Shown here: piece after piece, positions 63,841-64,000 of the stretch
Layout: each line of letters starts with the position of its first letter
Numbering within the stretch: the first letter of the stretch is position 1
The notes under the pieces: model-generated
Told to the model about the DNA's origin: nothing
Seen by the model: the letters and a program-made list of their open reading frames with translations, nothing else
Databases searched by the model: none
Made by a program: the position numbers and the translations under genes
From: Octopus sinensis
Taxonomy: Eukaryota
Direction: 5' to 3'
Assembly (NCBI RefSeq): GCF_006345805.1
Contig: NC_042999.1
Coordinates: 42,222,001 to 42,286,000 of the forward strand
Length of the DNA: 64,000 bases

Positions 63841-63903
63841 CTATTTTTTCGAAAATTCTGCCGAGATTTTCTTTAGTTGCTCGAATTTCTGCCAAATCAG
63901 CAA
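63841..63903 (-). CDS. Candidate 63-nt symmetric (phase 1-1) internal coding exon of an unidentified gene
   Basis: Acceptor ttcactttctcttgcag| and donor AG|gtaata; open frame (V)ADLAEIRATKENLGRIFEKI(G); non-repetitive flanks. Confidence 0.5.
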   Translation of the reverse strand: MLIWQKFEQLKKISAEFSKK

Positions 63904-64000
63904 CTGCAAGAGAAAGTGAATTCAATAAAATCCATGGTGATAAGCACGAGTGAGGTTTTTGAAAAATGCGAAATTTACAACGAATGGAATGACAGGAAGT

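Overview
Repeat-saturated, AT-rich eukaryotic DNA. The SINE repertoire and the density of (TA)/(TG)/(TACA)/(GATA) microsatellites look like a cephalopod (Octopus-type) genome; this is an inference from recognised repeat motifs. No intact protein-coding gene is visible, and most supplied ORFs are translated microsatellites. The window holds about 20 tRNA-derived SINE copies and decayed non-LTR retrotransposons: three R4/Dong-type RLE loci, two CR1-group 3' ends and one gag/ORF1-like relic. It also holds Tc1/mariner-superfamily relics (one full-length DD37D/maT, plus DD34E Tc1 and mariner fragments), a Helentron-like non-autonomous element, a 100-N gap flanked by a probable false duplication, and two or three isolated candidate exons. 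The most striking signal is a set of about ten type-I hammerhead-ribozyme-like motifs (CUGAnGA...GAAA, palindromic helix III, GUH site) in at least five unrelated short repeat families. Four of these families sit in inverted (palindromic) dimers, and they show recurrent core variants: an extra A after A9, or U.U closing helix II. All folds were done by eye and activity is untested.
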